Shown here one piece after another: positions 32,224-43,200 of a stretch of 61,168 bases of DNA. Source of the DNA: Limisphaerales bacterium (GTDB taxonomy: Bacteria > Verrucomicrobiota > Verrucomicrobiia > Limisphaerales > SIBE01); contig JBGAIN010000031.1 in the NCBI GenBank assembly GCA_044225505.1, positions 1-61,168 of the forward strand. Reading direction: 5' to 3'. The translations under genes and the position numbers were made by a program. Under the pieces are notes generated by a model. That model saw only the letters and a list, made by a program, of their open reading frames with translations. It did not search any database and was not told where the DNA came from. Position 1 is the first letter of the stretch. Every line of letters starts with the position of its first letter.

Positions 32224-33525
32224 TTGGCCGCCGATTCATTGGAATACTACTACGAAAGGTTCGGCTACTGCGACCGACAAATCGTCGCGCCGCCGTCGCC
32301 TGAGCTTGGAATCGTTGTGGTCATTCCGTGTTTCAATGAGCCAGATTTGGTTGGGAGTCTCGAGGCTCTGCGCCGATGCGTCCGCCCGGCGTGCGACGTG
32401 GAGGTGCTCGTCGTGGTCAATGGCTCCGAAGATTCTCCCGCGTTCGTCGCTACTCAGAACGAGGTGACTAGGGTGGAAGGATGCGCCTGGGCACGAGCAC
32501 ATAGCCAACCGGGTTGGAAGGTGCACCTTATCTACTGCCCGAACCTCCCGCGCAAGCATGCCGGTGTTGGTCTAGCGCGCAAGATTGGGATGGACGAGGC
32601 TTTGTGGCGGTTGTCGGCTGTGGGCCGGAGCAAGGCGGGTGTGATCGCATCGTTTGACGCCGATTGTCGGTGTGATCCGAACTACTTGGTGGCGTTGACA
32701 ACGCACTTTGATGAGCACCCAGCCACGCCCGGCTGCAGCGTCTACTTTGAACACCCGCTTGAAGGCGAGCTGCCGGAAACGATCTACGACGCTATCCTCG
32801 CGTATGAGTTGCATTTGCGCTACTACGTGCAAGGGCTTGCACTGGCCGGAGCGCCGTTCGCCTTTCACACCGTTGGCTCCGCCATGGCGGTGCGGCCAAG
32901 CGCCTATCAAAAACAAGGCGGAATGAACAAACGTCAGGCAGGAGAAGATTTCTACTTTCTCCAGAAAATTATCAGTCTGGGTGGTTTCACCAACCTAACA
33001 CGCACCCGGGTGATTCCTTCGCCAAGACAATCCGACCGAGTCCCGTTCGGGACCGGACGCGCCGTAGACAATTATTTGTGCGGGCGCGAGGCGCCGGACT
33101 ATCCCGCGGAGGCTTTTCTGGACTTGCAGCGGCTGTTTGCCAGGATCAACGAGCTGTTCCATGCCTTGTCGTCCGGGGAGCAGACAATCTCCGGCCAGCT
33201 TTCGCCAGCACTCCAGCGCTTTCTTGTTGATCAAGAGTTTGGAGAAGCCCTGGCTGAGATGCGAGCCAACGCAACCTCTGAGGCGACTTTTCGGAAACGG
33301 TTCTTTGGGTGGTTTGATGCGTTTCGGACGATGAAATTCGTTCATCAAGCTCGCGATGGCGAGTATGGACGCCGTCGAGTGCAGGAGGAATCGGCGCGAC
33401 TGCTCCGTTGGAAAAAAGGCAGCGGTCTCCACGAGCCGATTGGTTCGACCGGCGAACTCCTGCGCCAATACCGGGCTCTAGATCGACAAATGCCCGAGTG
33501 CCCAACTCCGTTCGGCGCTCTTTAA
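32224..33525 (+). CDS. Family 2 (GT-A) glycosyltransferase-like protein
   Basis: VVIPCFNE, GVGLARKIGMD, DAD, GEDFYF and RVPFGTG motifs. Confidence 0.85.
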   Translation: MAADSLEYYYERFGYCDRQIVAPPSPELGIVVVIPCFNEPDLVGSLEALRRCVRPACDVEVLVVVNGSEDSPAFVATQNEVTRVEGCAWARAHSQPGWKVHLIYCPNLPRKHAGVGLARKIGMDEALWRLSAVGRSKAGVIASFDADCRCDPNYLVALTTHFDEHPATPGCSVYFEHPLEGELPETIYDAILAYELHLRYYVQGLALAGAPFAFHTVGSAMAVRPSAYQKQGGMNKRQAGEDFYFLQKIISLGGFTNLTRTRVIPSPRQSDRVPFGTGRAVDNYLCGREAPDYPAEAFLDLQRLFARINELFHALSSGEQTISGQLSPALQRFLVDQEFGEALAEMRANATSEATFRKRFFGWFDAFRTMKFVHQARDGEYGRRRVQEESARLLRWKKGSGLHEPIGSTGELLRQYRALDRQMPECPTPFGAL

Positions 33526-33544
33526 GACGTGTGCCTGTTCGTGA

Positions 33545-34555
33545 CTACCGGCCTGGCCCTCGTTTGTTTTCAAGTGTGACAGAGATGCTGCGAAAACGAC
33601 GGGATGCTGGGCTCAGATCTTTGCACGACCTCCCGTCCTGTTTGCCACTATCGTCGCTTAGGAGTTGGATTTCACCCAACCCGGTATCGGGGTAGAGGAC
33701 GATGGCTTCCGGGTTCAGTCCTTTCAGATCTATCTCCTTCAGGTGCTTGGCGCGTGAGGTGCCTCCCGACCACTGATAGAGTCGAGACTTTCCTCCACCG
33801 TCAGATGCACCCGCGATGATGAAATACTCGCCCTGCCAGTATCCTAAATCTCGAACACCCAAGCCGTTTAGGTCGAGAAGAATGGGTTTGCCGAGTTTGG
33901 CAGGTTCTCCCGAGATGACTCCATCAGGGTTTAATAAAGGAATGAGAAGGGCATCCCCGTTAGGAACGGGATTGCGAAAGCCGATCAGCAGTTCGCCAGA
34001 TTCCGTTGCGCAAAGCCCCTCAATGTTCAGTCCACCGGGAGTTTTGGGCGCCACGCGAGAAGCGGCGCGAAAGTCAAACCGTTGCAGCGCGGGCGCCGCA
34101 ATGAGGTCGGCAAGCAAGTTTTTGTAAGGCCGTCCGGTGAAGACGACTTGAGGCTGTCCGTTGGTCTCTTTTAGGTCCGTAGCAAAAAAGCGATAGCGGT
34201 TAGCATGCTCTTTTCCAGCTTGGTTCCGACTGTGCGACGAAATCCAGTAGATGCGGTTGCCAATGCGCGCCGCACCTTCGATGTCAACTTCCGCAGAGCC
34301 TCGATCCAAGGCGAGGTCGGAGGTCAGCCGAGTGACGCGCAGGGGGGGGCCACCTTGTCGGCGGGGATAAACCCGTAATTCGTTGGCTTCGTCATCAGCG
34401 ACAATGAAAAGATCATTTCCTATCGCTGCGGCCGCTGACGCTCCACAAATTCCGGAATAGATCGTCGGTTCAGAGACAATCGCGTGATGGCGCGGACGAC
34501 CAAACGCATCCGAGCCTCCCCAAACCATAACCAAGGCTAAAATTAGACGTTGCAC
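33545..34555 (-). CDS. DUF3616-like secreted beta-propeller protein
   Basis: VADDE, DIEGAA, YWISSHSRN, GLNIEGL, IGFRNP, NPEA and LSDD motifs. Confidence 0.8.
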   Translation of the reverse strand: MQRLILALVMVWGGSDAFGRPRHHAIVSEPTIYSGICGASAAAAIGNDLFIVADDEANELRVYPRRQGGPPLRVTRLTSDLALDRGSAEVDIEGAARIGNRIYWISSHSRNQAGKEHANRYRFFATDLKETNGQPQVVFTGRPYKNLLADLIAAPALQRFDFRAASRVAPKTPGGLNIEGLCATESGELLIGFRNPVPNGDALLIPLLNPDGVISGEPAKLGKPILLDLNGLGVRDLGYWQGEYFIIAGASDGGGKSRLYQWSGGTSRAKHLKEIDLKGLNPEAIVLYPDTGLGEIQLLSDDSGKQDGRSCKDLSPASRRFRSISVTLENKRGPGR

Positions 34556-34953
34556 AGTACGATGAACGTAAGCGTTAGCCCGTTTGGTTCAACTGATAAC
34601 TGCAGCGATTTGAATCAGCGATGGAGTAGACGGGCCGTTACGCCGACACCAGAAAAGAATCGTAGGAACCCGAATTGGGGCCAGCTCAGCCGAAGATTCT
34701 CTGGCGGCAGCACCTGTCTTGGCTTTGAGCACGATGTCTCAGCCTTGGACCTCACAACAACGCGGACTTGAGAGAGGCGCTCGAGGCTGCCGGCCTTTAA
34801 GGGGAGGGGCAAGGTCCCTCTCCGAGCCACGATGTCAGGCAACCGCGGGGAGCTTGAATTTGGTCGATTAGGCGCAGTCTGGCCAAAGCCGATCTACCGG
34901 GATTAGAGGCAGAACTGCGTGGTGAAGGCCCATTCCAGTGGGGAGGATGTCAA

Positions 34954-34970
34954 TTGGCAAGTGGAGTGCT
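34954..34970 (+). promoter_or_regulatory. Candidate sigma-54 (-24/-12) promoter for the pilin operon
   Basis: tTGGCaagtggagTGCT: GG and GC are exactly 10 nt apart, about 55 bp before ATG 35026. Confidence 0.45.
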
Positions 34971-35025
34971 CAAGGTGTTGTGGGGCGTTTTCGATAACAA
35001 AAACGCGGGCGGATGATTTGCGTCC

Positions 35026-35472
35026 ATGAGAATTGGAAACGGTAGGCTCCGAAGCCAAGGCCAGGGCGGCGTCACCTTGATTGAGGTGGTGATGTCGATG
35101 GCCATTGGCGGGTTGATCGTTGCTGGGGTCGCCACGGGCTTTATCCAGTGCATGCGACAAGCCGAATGGTCCTCCTATTCCCTAGCCGCGAATTCTTTGG
35201 CAATGCAACGAATGGAACAAACGCGCGCGGGAGTTTGGGATCAGGCCGCGGGGATTGACCAGGTGAAAGACCCGTTTTTCCCGGCGGAAGCGCAGATTCT
35301 GGATATCCCCATCAACCAATCGAATATAGCCTACGCGACCAACTACACCACCATCACCACGGTATCGACAAATCCACCGTTGCGGATGGTTCGTGTGGAC
35401 ACGGTCTGGAGATGCATGGATCGCGGACCGTTCACAAATACGATCGTCACTTACCGCGCTCCAGACACATGA
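35026..35472 (+). CDS. Minor pilin / pseudopilin (PilV-like)
   Basis: Prepilin site G-VTLIEVV followed by a hydrophobic helix. Confidence 0.85.
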   Translation: MRIGNGRLRSQGQGGVTLIEVVMSMAIGGLIVAGVATGFIQCMRQAEWSSYSLAANSLAMQRMEQTRAGVWDQAAGIDQVKDPFFPAEAQILDIPINQSNIAYATNYTTITTVSTNPPLRMVRVDTVWRCMDRGPFTNTIVTYRAPDT

Positions 35473-36095
35473 TCTTGCGATATTCACCAAGAGCGACGGC
35501 ACCGCTTGAAGGACGGAACGCGGGCTTCTCATTGCCGGAAGCCATGATGACGATGTGCGTCACGATGCTCGTGTTGGCGGGTCTCATTACGACACACCTC
35601 TTCGGCTTGCGGCTGTTTGAGTTTGTCCGGCCGAAACTAGCGGCCAGTGATAGCGCGAGAACAGCGGTCACACGCTTGGTGGGAGAACTCCGTTCAGCGA
35701 ATCTGATTCGAATCGGCCAAGGTGGTTTCAATTCATTTACAGAGGTGGGAGTGGGTGAGTTGCAGCAAGCGAACGCTATCCAAGTCTACGCAACCACAAA
35801 TACGACAAACTTCTCTCGATACTACTACGATGCTGCGGACCAGAAGCTCAAGAGCGTCACGAACGGTTCCATTGCGGCGCAAGTCATCTCTCGATCGGTA
35901 AGCAACGCCCTGGTTTTCACTGCCGAAGATTTCGCCGGCAATGTCCTGACCAATAATCGAGGGAATCGCGTCGTGGGGCTCACTCTCCAGTTCTCGCAAA
36001 TTGAGTACCCGATTATGAGGATCGGAACGGGCGAATTTTACGACTACTACCAGATGCGGACCAAGGTTACGCAGCGGAAACTGGCGCAGCCATGA
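35469..36095 (+). CDS. Minor pilin / pseudopilin (PilW-like)
   Basis: G-FSLPEAM prepilin site; ATGA overlaps on both sides. Confidence 0.85.
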   Translation: MILRYSPRATAPLEGRNAGFSLPEAMMTMCVTMLVLAGLITTHLFGLRLFEFVRPKLAASDSARTAVTRLVGELRSANLIRIGQGGFNSFTEVGVGELQQANAIQVYATTNTTNFSRYYYDAADQKLKSVTNGSIAAQVISRSVSNALVFTAEDFAGNVLTNNRGNRVVGLTLQFSQIEYPIMRIGTGEFYDYYQMRTKVTQRKLAQP

Positions 36096-37819
36096 AGTTG
36101 ATCGGACAACGACGGTTGCGACCGAGCGAAGGCTACTCGATGGCTCTGACACTGCTCTTCGGTGCCATCAGCTTGTCTGTGTTGGGCAGTGCATTGCGTT
36201 GGTCGACGCAATCCATGCGAATGAACGCGCGAAGCAATCAGTACTTTAGGACCGTCGCAGCTGCGGAAGCAGCGACCGAATCAGTGATCACGCGTCTGTC
36301 GACGGATTATCGGACGGGAGGAGACGCCTTGGTGCAGGCGAACTTGAGTAGCTATCGGATGATCGTTCCGAGCACCAGCGAAAGCTCGTATTGGTCCGGG
36401 TACGCCTTCGGGAACAACCTGGGCAATTCGAATCTGACCCAAGTCATTTACGCCCCGCCCATGGAGTATCGAGAGCTGTCGTCGAAGTATCGAGGTTTGA
36501 ACGGTTATGCGAGTTCCTACCAAGTGGCGTCGATCGCCAAGGAATTGAACTCTCAGTTCGATTTCTCGGCTGGGGTGCAACAAAATGTCGAGGCAGCGAC
36601 CATTCCATTGTTCCAATTTGCCATTTTCTACAACATGGACTTGGAAATAAACCCTGGCCCTGACATGACGATTTCGGGCCCGGTTCATAGCAACGGCAAC
36701 ATCTATTCACAGCCTCAGGCTCTGCTGACGTTTCAGAACGATGTTACCGCTGTTGGATCGATCATTCACAATAAGAAGCCTGGCGATCCGAGTGGGCGAA
36801 CGCCTGGAACGATTGTCTATAACGGAGAGCACGATGGCGGCGTCAATAGTTTAACGTTGCCTGTTGGGACGAACAACACCGCGGCGTCAGTGCACCAAGT
36901 CGTTGAAGTGCCACCCCTCAGTGAGCCCGCGAGTTCAAGCTTAGGTAAACAGCGATTCTATAACCAAGCGGATTTGATCATCAAAGTGACGGACGGTGGC
37001 GTTACTGGAACAAGTGGAGCGATCGATAACTTCGGCACGACTATTCCCGTGACTCAGTTGAGCAAGTTTGTTGATACGACCGTGACCTTCTATAACCAGA
37101 GAGAGTCTGCGACGATCAAGACCACCCAGATTGACGTGGCAAAATTGCGCCAATGGAGTGCGACCAATACGTTGCTCAGACCGATTTTACCCTTTACCGA
37201 CGTTCGCATTGTCTATGTCCTCGATGAGCGCACTCAAACTGCCAGCTCCGAAGCGGGCGTCCGGTTGGTCAATGGCGAGACTCTCCCGCCGCAAGGGTTG
37301 ACGGTGGTCACGCCGAACCCGCTTTACGTCAAAGGCCACTATAACGCTCCCGTTGCTGCTCAAGGCACCGCGGACACCTCGCAAACGCTCCCCGCCGCTT
37401 TGATCGCCGATGCCATTACGGTCCTATCCCCAAACTGGAGCGACGCCAATAGCTCGCTCGGGCTGGATTCGCGCGCGGCCACCGAGAGCACCGTCAATGC
37501 CGCATTTATGGCTGGCATCGTGGAAACGGTCTCGGGGAGCTATAGTGGAGGGGTGGAGAATTTTCCACGGTTTCTGGAGAACTGGTCGGGCGTGGAGTTT
37601 ACTTACAACGGTTCCATGGTCGTCATGTATCCGAGTAGCTATGCCACAGCGCCTTGGAGCGGCACAGGCAGTTCAATCGGAATTTACAATCCGCCCGTTC
37701 GGCGTTGGGCGTTTGACACGAACTTTAAAAACCCGGCCAAGCTGCCGCCAGGAACACCTTCCGCTCGAGTCCTCATCCGCGCAAGCTGGCTAACCCTGGC
37801 TCCGAGTTTTCCTCTCTGA
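36092..37819 (+). CDS. Large PilX-like minor pilin
   Basis: G-YSMAL without E5, AAAEAA helix, GPVHSNGNIY and GGVENFPRFLENW motifs. Confidence 0.8.
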   Translation: MKLIGQRRLRPSEGYSMALTLLFGAISLSVLGSALRWSTQSMRMNARSNQYFRTVAAAEAATESVITRLSTDYRTGGDALVQANLSSYRMIVPSTSESSYWSGYAFGNNLGNSNLTQVIYAPPMEYRELSSKYRGLNGYASSYQVASIAKELNSQFDFSAGVQQNVEAATIPLFQFAIFYNMDLEINPGPDMTISGPVHSNGNIYSQPQALLTFQNDVTAVGSIIHNKKPGDPSGRTPGTIVYNGEHDGGVNSLTLPVGTNNTAASVHQVVEVPPLSEPASSSLGKQRFYNQADLIIKVTDGGVTGTSGAIDNFGTTIPVTQLSKFVDTTVTFYNQRESATIKTTQIDVAKLRQWSATNTLLRPILPFTDVRIVYVLDERTQTASSEAGVRLVNGETLPPQGLTVVTPNPLYVKGHYNAPVAAQGTADTSQTLPAALIADAITVLSPNWSDANSSLGLDSRAATESTVNAAFMAGIVETVSGSYSGGVENFPRFLENWSGVEFTYNGSMVVMYPSSYATAPWSGTGSSIGIYNPPVRRWAFDTNFKNPAKLPPGTPSARVLIRASWLTLAPSFPL

Positions 37820-37833
37820 TCGCCACTGTTTTT

Positions 37834-38427
37834 ATGCTTCAGACCCGGAAGCGACTGGCTCTTTTGGCAGGACTCGCCATGGCTTGGCTGCCAGTCGTCG
37901 CGGGGCCCGAATTCTCGATGCGTGAAGAGAAGATTCGCCCGCCTGAAATGGGAGAAATAACGCGCTACGTCGTGGTTGACGGAACCGAGGAGTTTCCTTT
38001 TATCGGCCCGCTCGACTGGCGCGTGACCGTCGAAGCGGACCGGCACCGGTTGCTCTTGCAGCCGAATGATCGAGCGGCGACTATCTTCGTGACATTCACG
38101 CGTCACAGTGCGGTAGAAGGCACTGCTCTCGACGTTGAATCGTGGCGAGCCGATATCAAAGCACGATTTTCCGGATCTCAGATTATCGACGAGTTCACGG
38201 CTTATTCCGGAAATCTCTCGGGTCGTGGTCTTGACGTCAAATGGATGGCGCCCGGCGCCGTTCCGATGTGCTCGCGCGTCTCGGTTTTTGTCTCCACGAG
38301 CCGAACCATTGAATTTTGTCTCACAACTCGATCCGATCGTTTTCCAATGTTCCGGTCGGCTTTCGCTGCGCTCGTTCGATCCTTCCAAGAGTCGGGAAAG
38401 TCTGTGCGCCGCGTCGTAAAGCCTTGA
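37834..38427 (+). CDS. Hypothetical secreted protein
   Basis: 197-aa ORF with a signal peptide, 14 bp after the PilX-like gene. Confidence 0.65.
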   Translation: MLQTRKRLALLAGLAMAWLPVVAGPEFSMREEKIRPPEMGEITRYVVVDGTEEFPFIGPLDWRVTVEADRHRLLLQPNDRAATIFVTFTRHSAVEGTALDVESWRADIKARFSGSQIIDEFTAYSGNLSGRGLDVKWMAPGAVPMCSRVSVFVSTSRTIEFCLTTRSDRFPMFRSAFAALVRSFQESGKSVRRVVKP

Positions 38428-38679
38428 GGGACTGGACTTCGTGCCTCCTCGAGAGGACCCCCATCCCGCAAGATCAACGGCGGTGATGGGAGGGCGGCTA
38501 GGCTGTCCCGGCCCTCTCGCCAACCACACTCGCTGGGAGCAATGGACGACGAAGGCTTGCTAGGGAGCTGAGATAGATTAATATTGCACCTATCGTCGTA
38601 TCAGTGTAGCTATTAATACACGGGGGCGCTTTGTGCCAGCCTGCCTGGAAATGAATCATGGGTCTCAAACGCGTTGAAC

Positions 38680-39369
38680 ATGAAATTCGCATCTCTCCTC
38701 GTTCTCTCGACCGCTCTCCTGGGCGCCGGTGCTGTGAAGGGCAATCTGATCGTCAATGGTGATTTCGAAGACCCGCCGATTCCCGATCGGGCGACTGGAT
38801 TTCAGACGTACTATCCGGGACAAAGCTTGCCAGGTTGGACGGTAGCGGGGGATTCCATTGACGTCGTCAGCGATGATCGCAGTTCTTGGGTTTCTTGGAA
38901 TGCTGCTTCGGGCCACCAGTCCGTGGATTTAAATGGCTATGGCAAAGGCTCGATTTCGCAAGATCTGACGACCGTGCCCGGGCAGAGTTACGATCTGAGC
39001 TTCGCCATGGCAGCCAACCCATCGAATTCGCCGTGGGTAGTCACGATGGAGTTCCTATGGCATGGGGAAGTCGTGGACACTATTTCCTTTTATACCCATT
39101 ACGGCCGCGATCCCGGATGGGTCTATCTAAACTACGTTTTGACGGCGGCAACCGATTCGGCTCGGCTTACGTTTGGTAGTTTGGTGAACGACGGCACGGC
39201 CGGAGCGGCGATCGACGATATTGTTCTGACGGCGATTCCACCGACCGTCAGCGCCGAAGCTGTGCCTGATCTGGGCGGATCGTGGTTATCTCTAACCCTA
39301 TTAATTCCGCTTGGCGTCGGTTCCATCGTGCAGCACCGCCGCCGAACCGAATCAATCGCGGCTGCTTAA
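38680..39369 (+). CDS. Choice-of-anchor C / DUF642-like protein with VPDSG-CTERM-like sorting tail
   Basis: NLIVNGDFE, QSVDLNG, ISQDLTTVPGQSY and GAAIDDI motifs; tail VPDLGGS plus hydrophobic helix plus RRR. Confidence 0.82.
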   Translation: MKFASLLVLSTALLGAGAVKGNLIVNGDFEDPPIPDRATGFQTYYPGQSLPGWTVAGDSIDVVSDDRSSWVSWNAASGHQSVDLNGYGKGSISQDLTTVPGQSYDLSFAMAANPSNSPWVVTMEFLWHGEVVDTISFYTHYGRDPGWVYLNYVLTAATDSARLTFGSLVNDGTAGAAIDDIVLTAIPPTVSAEAVPDLGGSWLSLTLLIPLGVGSIVQHRRRTESIAAA

Positions 39370-40227
39370 GGTAACCTCTAGAACTGTGGTGGACCCGGGC
39401 GGAAGCGATAGGGCATTGCGTTCGACATTCCCGGATTCGACACAAACCATACGGCGAAACTCGTCAGGCCCAAAATCCGCGAGCACCTGCGTCGTCCAAG
39501 GATTCCAAACCACCGTCGATGCGGAGCCTTTTTTATCAACACGAATCGTTCGATTCAGAACGGGGTCTCGAATTTCTACGGCCTCCGTTGTGTGGAGGTA
39601 AGTTCGATCTGTTTGGGCGACGATTCTAATGGGATCCGCGGATTGTTTCTCCGGCGACGGATTCTGCATTTTATCCAGATATCGGACCCCTTCCAGTCCG
39701 TGAATCGATATCTTGTTGATGTCACCGACAGTGAAGTAGGTATGCAAACAATTCTCGAAGCGGAATAGTTGATCGCGAGATTGGTTGGTCAATTGCAGTT
39801 CCAAGGTTAACGATTCGCCGACGGTGACGACCAACTCGGCCAGAAAAGGCGGCCAGGGTTCAGGCCGTTTGAGAATTGGAAGGCGCAGTCGGACGACGAC
39901 CTGGCCGCCGCTCAATTGTTGCGTCTTTTCGAGTTGCCATTCCGTAATGCGAGCGAAGCCGTGCGCCACGTCGCCCGTCCGTGGTCCAAACCATGGGAAA
40001 CAAATTGGAATGCCGCCGCGAATGGCCTTACCTTCCGTAAAGCGGCTCGATTCGCTCAAGAAAAGGAGGGGTGGCTTGCCCTGCTTTTGGAACGAAGTCA
40101 CTTGCGCACCATAAAGGTAAATATCCGCTTGGCTCCAGGGCGTCGTGACGTGGACTCGAGGAAACCGATTCACTCCGGGGCCAATTTCGACCGCACCTGG
40201 AATGGCGTGAGATTTTAGATCAACCAT
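39352..40227 (-). CDS. D-hexose-6-phosphate mutarotase (YeaD family)
   Basis: AIRGGIPICFPWFG, HGFAR, LHTYF, VVWNPW and MVCVE motifs. Confidence 0.93.
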   Translation of the reverse strand: MVDLKSHAIPGAVEIGPGVNRFPRVHVTTPWSQADIYLYGAQVTSFQKQGKPPLLFLSESSRFTEGKAIRGGIPICFPWFGPRTGDVAHGFARITEWQLEKTQQLSGGQVVVRLRLPILKRPEPWPPFLAELVVTVGESLTLELQLTNQSRDQLFRFENCLHTYFTVGDINKISIHGLEGVRYLDKMQNPSPEKQSADPIRIVAQTDRTYLHTTEAVEIRDPVLNRTIRVDKKGSASTVVWNPWTTQVLADFGPDEFRRMVCVESGNVERNALSLPPGSTTVLEVTLSSRD

Positions 40228-40290
40228 GGCCCGCCACCTTAGCGAATCTCGAGCTTAAGCGGCACAAAAATCGACTTTGGTTGATGCGCA

Positions 40291-43200
40291 TTACCCCTTG
40301 GCTGAAGATGGCACACCGACATGAGATCGAATCGGTTCAACTCCAATGGTGCCTTTCAGAGAACCGAGATACTCGTTCGAATCTACGTAAGCGAGTGTCT
40401 TCCGAGCGCGCACAAGGCGGTCGGGAATTCCCAAGCGGACCGCTTCATCCGCATGGCTCGAGCGTTTGACAAAGCGGTCGAGGTAATCCACGTGACGTTT
40501 CCAGAGTTGGCGGTCGAGCTTTTGCTTGCAGGCAAGACGTTCGGCATACCAATCGCTCGCCAATAGCGTCTCGCGGGCAAAAAGGCGGCGAACCTCAGGA
40601 TCGGCCAAGGTTTTCCCTTCCCATTGGTCGTCTTTCATCAAGTGGAGTAGGGCGCGTAACGGCGGGCAAGCCTGGGCGACACTGCCGTCGTCAAAATAGA
40701 GCTGGGCCACCCGGCGTTGAGTGGTGACGATGTTATCCATGCCATCAATGAACACGTCGATGTCTTGAAGCTCCGGACGGAGCATCGGTTCAGTGAACAC
40801 CGCGTGTGGGTGATTAAAGATGCGCCCAAAAAAACCCTGAACGAACCGATTGTTGATGCGATAGCCCAAACGACTGGCTTGGACTTTCTTGCCTTGATGT
40901 TCGAAGTCCGTACACCGCTCCAGATACTGATGCTGAATTAAGTAATGCGGATCTCGCTCTTCCGCGCTCATGCGACACCAAAGTTCCGGAACGAGGAGGC
41001 TCACATCATGATCGACCCGGCTGTGCGGACCAACGTAACCTGCCGCCGTGACAAACCCGTGATGCCCAGTCAAAAGCCAGGAGACAAGCGCATTGTTAAG
41101 ATCGATAATCGGAGGGAGTGCATTGAATGGGCCTTTCGTTAGCGCTCCTTCCGAGCCTGCGCCCGTGGTGGAAGGGGACTTACCCGTCATGCTGCAGATG
41201 AACTCCATAAACAGTTCAGGCAGCTCAAAATAGTGAATCGGATTAAAGACGGCCAGCGGACGAATTTGATGTTCTGGCGGATTGTTCCGGCGTCCAGGAA
41301 GGACTGCTCCGACGGGCTGCAAGAGCGGTTGGTGAAGGGGCAGCCGTCGGCGTAGCCGAGCGCCCACATTCGCTAAGTAACTCTCGCGGGGATCGACCAG
41401 GTCCGGCCGGAGTTGAAGGTAACGCGGGTTCTTCGTCGGTTTACCATCCACCAGTCTCGGACGAGCGGAGCAGACAAAGACGTTCGGTCGTTGCCCTTGG
41501 GCGGACTGCCGGATTAGCGACTGCATCGGATCGGTGAACTGGTAAAAGTCGATGGCGTTTTCGATGAGTTGCTGCGCATCGGTTCGGTGGAGGGGTTGGT
41601 AGTTGGAAAAGAAATTGTCGCTGCGGGCGAAATCCGATTCCGTTTGTTTATCATATCCAGGATGGATGGCCTCGTCCGGACGTTGAAAAAGGCGCTTCTC
41701 GGCATTCTGGACGAACTTCAACGAGCCGGCTGCTTCAAACTCCGGGACGGTGGGTAGCGAGCTCGTAGGCGCTACAACAGACGCGGTAATGTCGTCTTCG
41801 GCCTGAATCTTTACGGCCGGATGGAAATCTTTGCGGAGTCCGAACGTTCGCCAGGAACCGTCTGCTTCGAAGCCGACTCGAAGATAGGTCGTCACGAGTT
41901 TGCGGTTGTGGCATTTCAATTCGTTGGCCGGACTACCATTGATAATGTCGACGGTGAAATGCTGCCGCCAATCGTTGCCCCATTCCGGCTTGTAATACCG
42001 CTTCACGACAAAGACCAGTTCTTTGATATATTGCGGAACGGCCATCAACCAGGCGTTGTATTCGGGCGTGTAATCACATTCGTCGGGCGTGAGCAGTTTA
42101 ATCACCGATCCGAGCGATCGTTCGGCGCTCAAGATCGGACGCGCGTCGCTTCGTGATGGGTCGCAAAATCGACGGCTATAATCCCGTCCGATCAACGCGG
42201 AAACTTGATCGAAATCTTTTTGAAAGTCCGCAACGAAGACTGGACCGGTCAACACTGCGTCGCTGATCGGCTTGGAAATCTCAGACTTGCCGCCGCCTGA
42301 GACGGTGCAGGGCTTGTGGCAGAGCAAACCTTCAGCCACCGTTCCGACCAAACGCCACGCGCGGTTCTCTCCGGGCTTCAAGACACGCACTTTGTAGCCC
42401 GACGGGCGGACATACGTTTTGCCAGGCAGCAGCTTGATTCCCTGTGTGCCTGTCTCCGTTGACCAGGATATTTGCTGTTTGTGCAAATCGAAATGGGCTC
42501 CTTCGGGCACATACACGATCTCGGGATATTTCTTGTCAACGGCGTACCCTCCCGGTTGAACCTCCGCGGCGTCGCCTAACAACTGGAGTGCACTTGCGAA
42601 TGTATACGCCATGGGACGCACGTGCAGTTCGCCGCTAAAATCCTCACCTAGGTCATAGCTGGGAAAGACCAGCGCCCCGCCCGCATGCTCTTCTTCGCAC
42701 AAGCCAAACAGGTTCGCGGCGAAACTGATTTGGGTCTTTACCTCTTTTTTGCAGTAACCGTAGTAATTGTCCGCAATGACCGTTACTATAACGCCGGACT
42801 CGTCTCGGCATGTAACCTTGAATGGAAGTCCTCCATTGTAGAGTTCTCCTTCGTCTTTCCAGCACATCCCATCTCGCTTTTGACGAGGCGTGGCATCCTG
42901 CCAGCCTGGCAGGCCTACCCCCTTCTTGGTGAGTCGAATGAGGTGGGGGGCCAGGATCACGCATCCGCTATGGCCCGTCCAATGTTCTGCGTCCAGCGCA
43001 GAGTCGTTTTCCGGCAGACCAGGGTCTCCGCCATTCCCAAAGATGCTTTCCACAAAATCCAGGTTGCTGACCAAACTGCCGGGCGCAAAAAAGCGGATTT
43101 CCATGCTCTTCTGAGGAGTAAACCCTGGGACCTCCGGGCAAACGACCGGCCTGAGTAACAGGGAGACGAAGCACTCGGCTGGCTGTGGTTGTGTGGCTGT

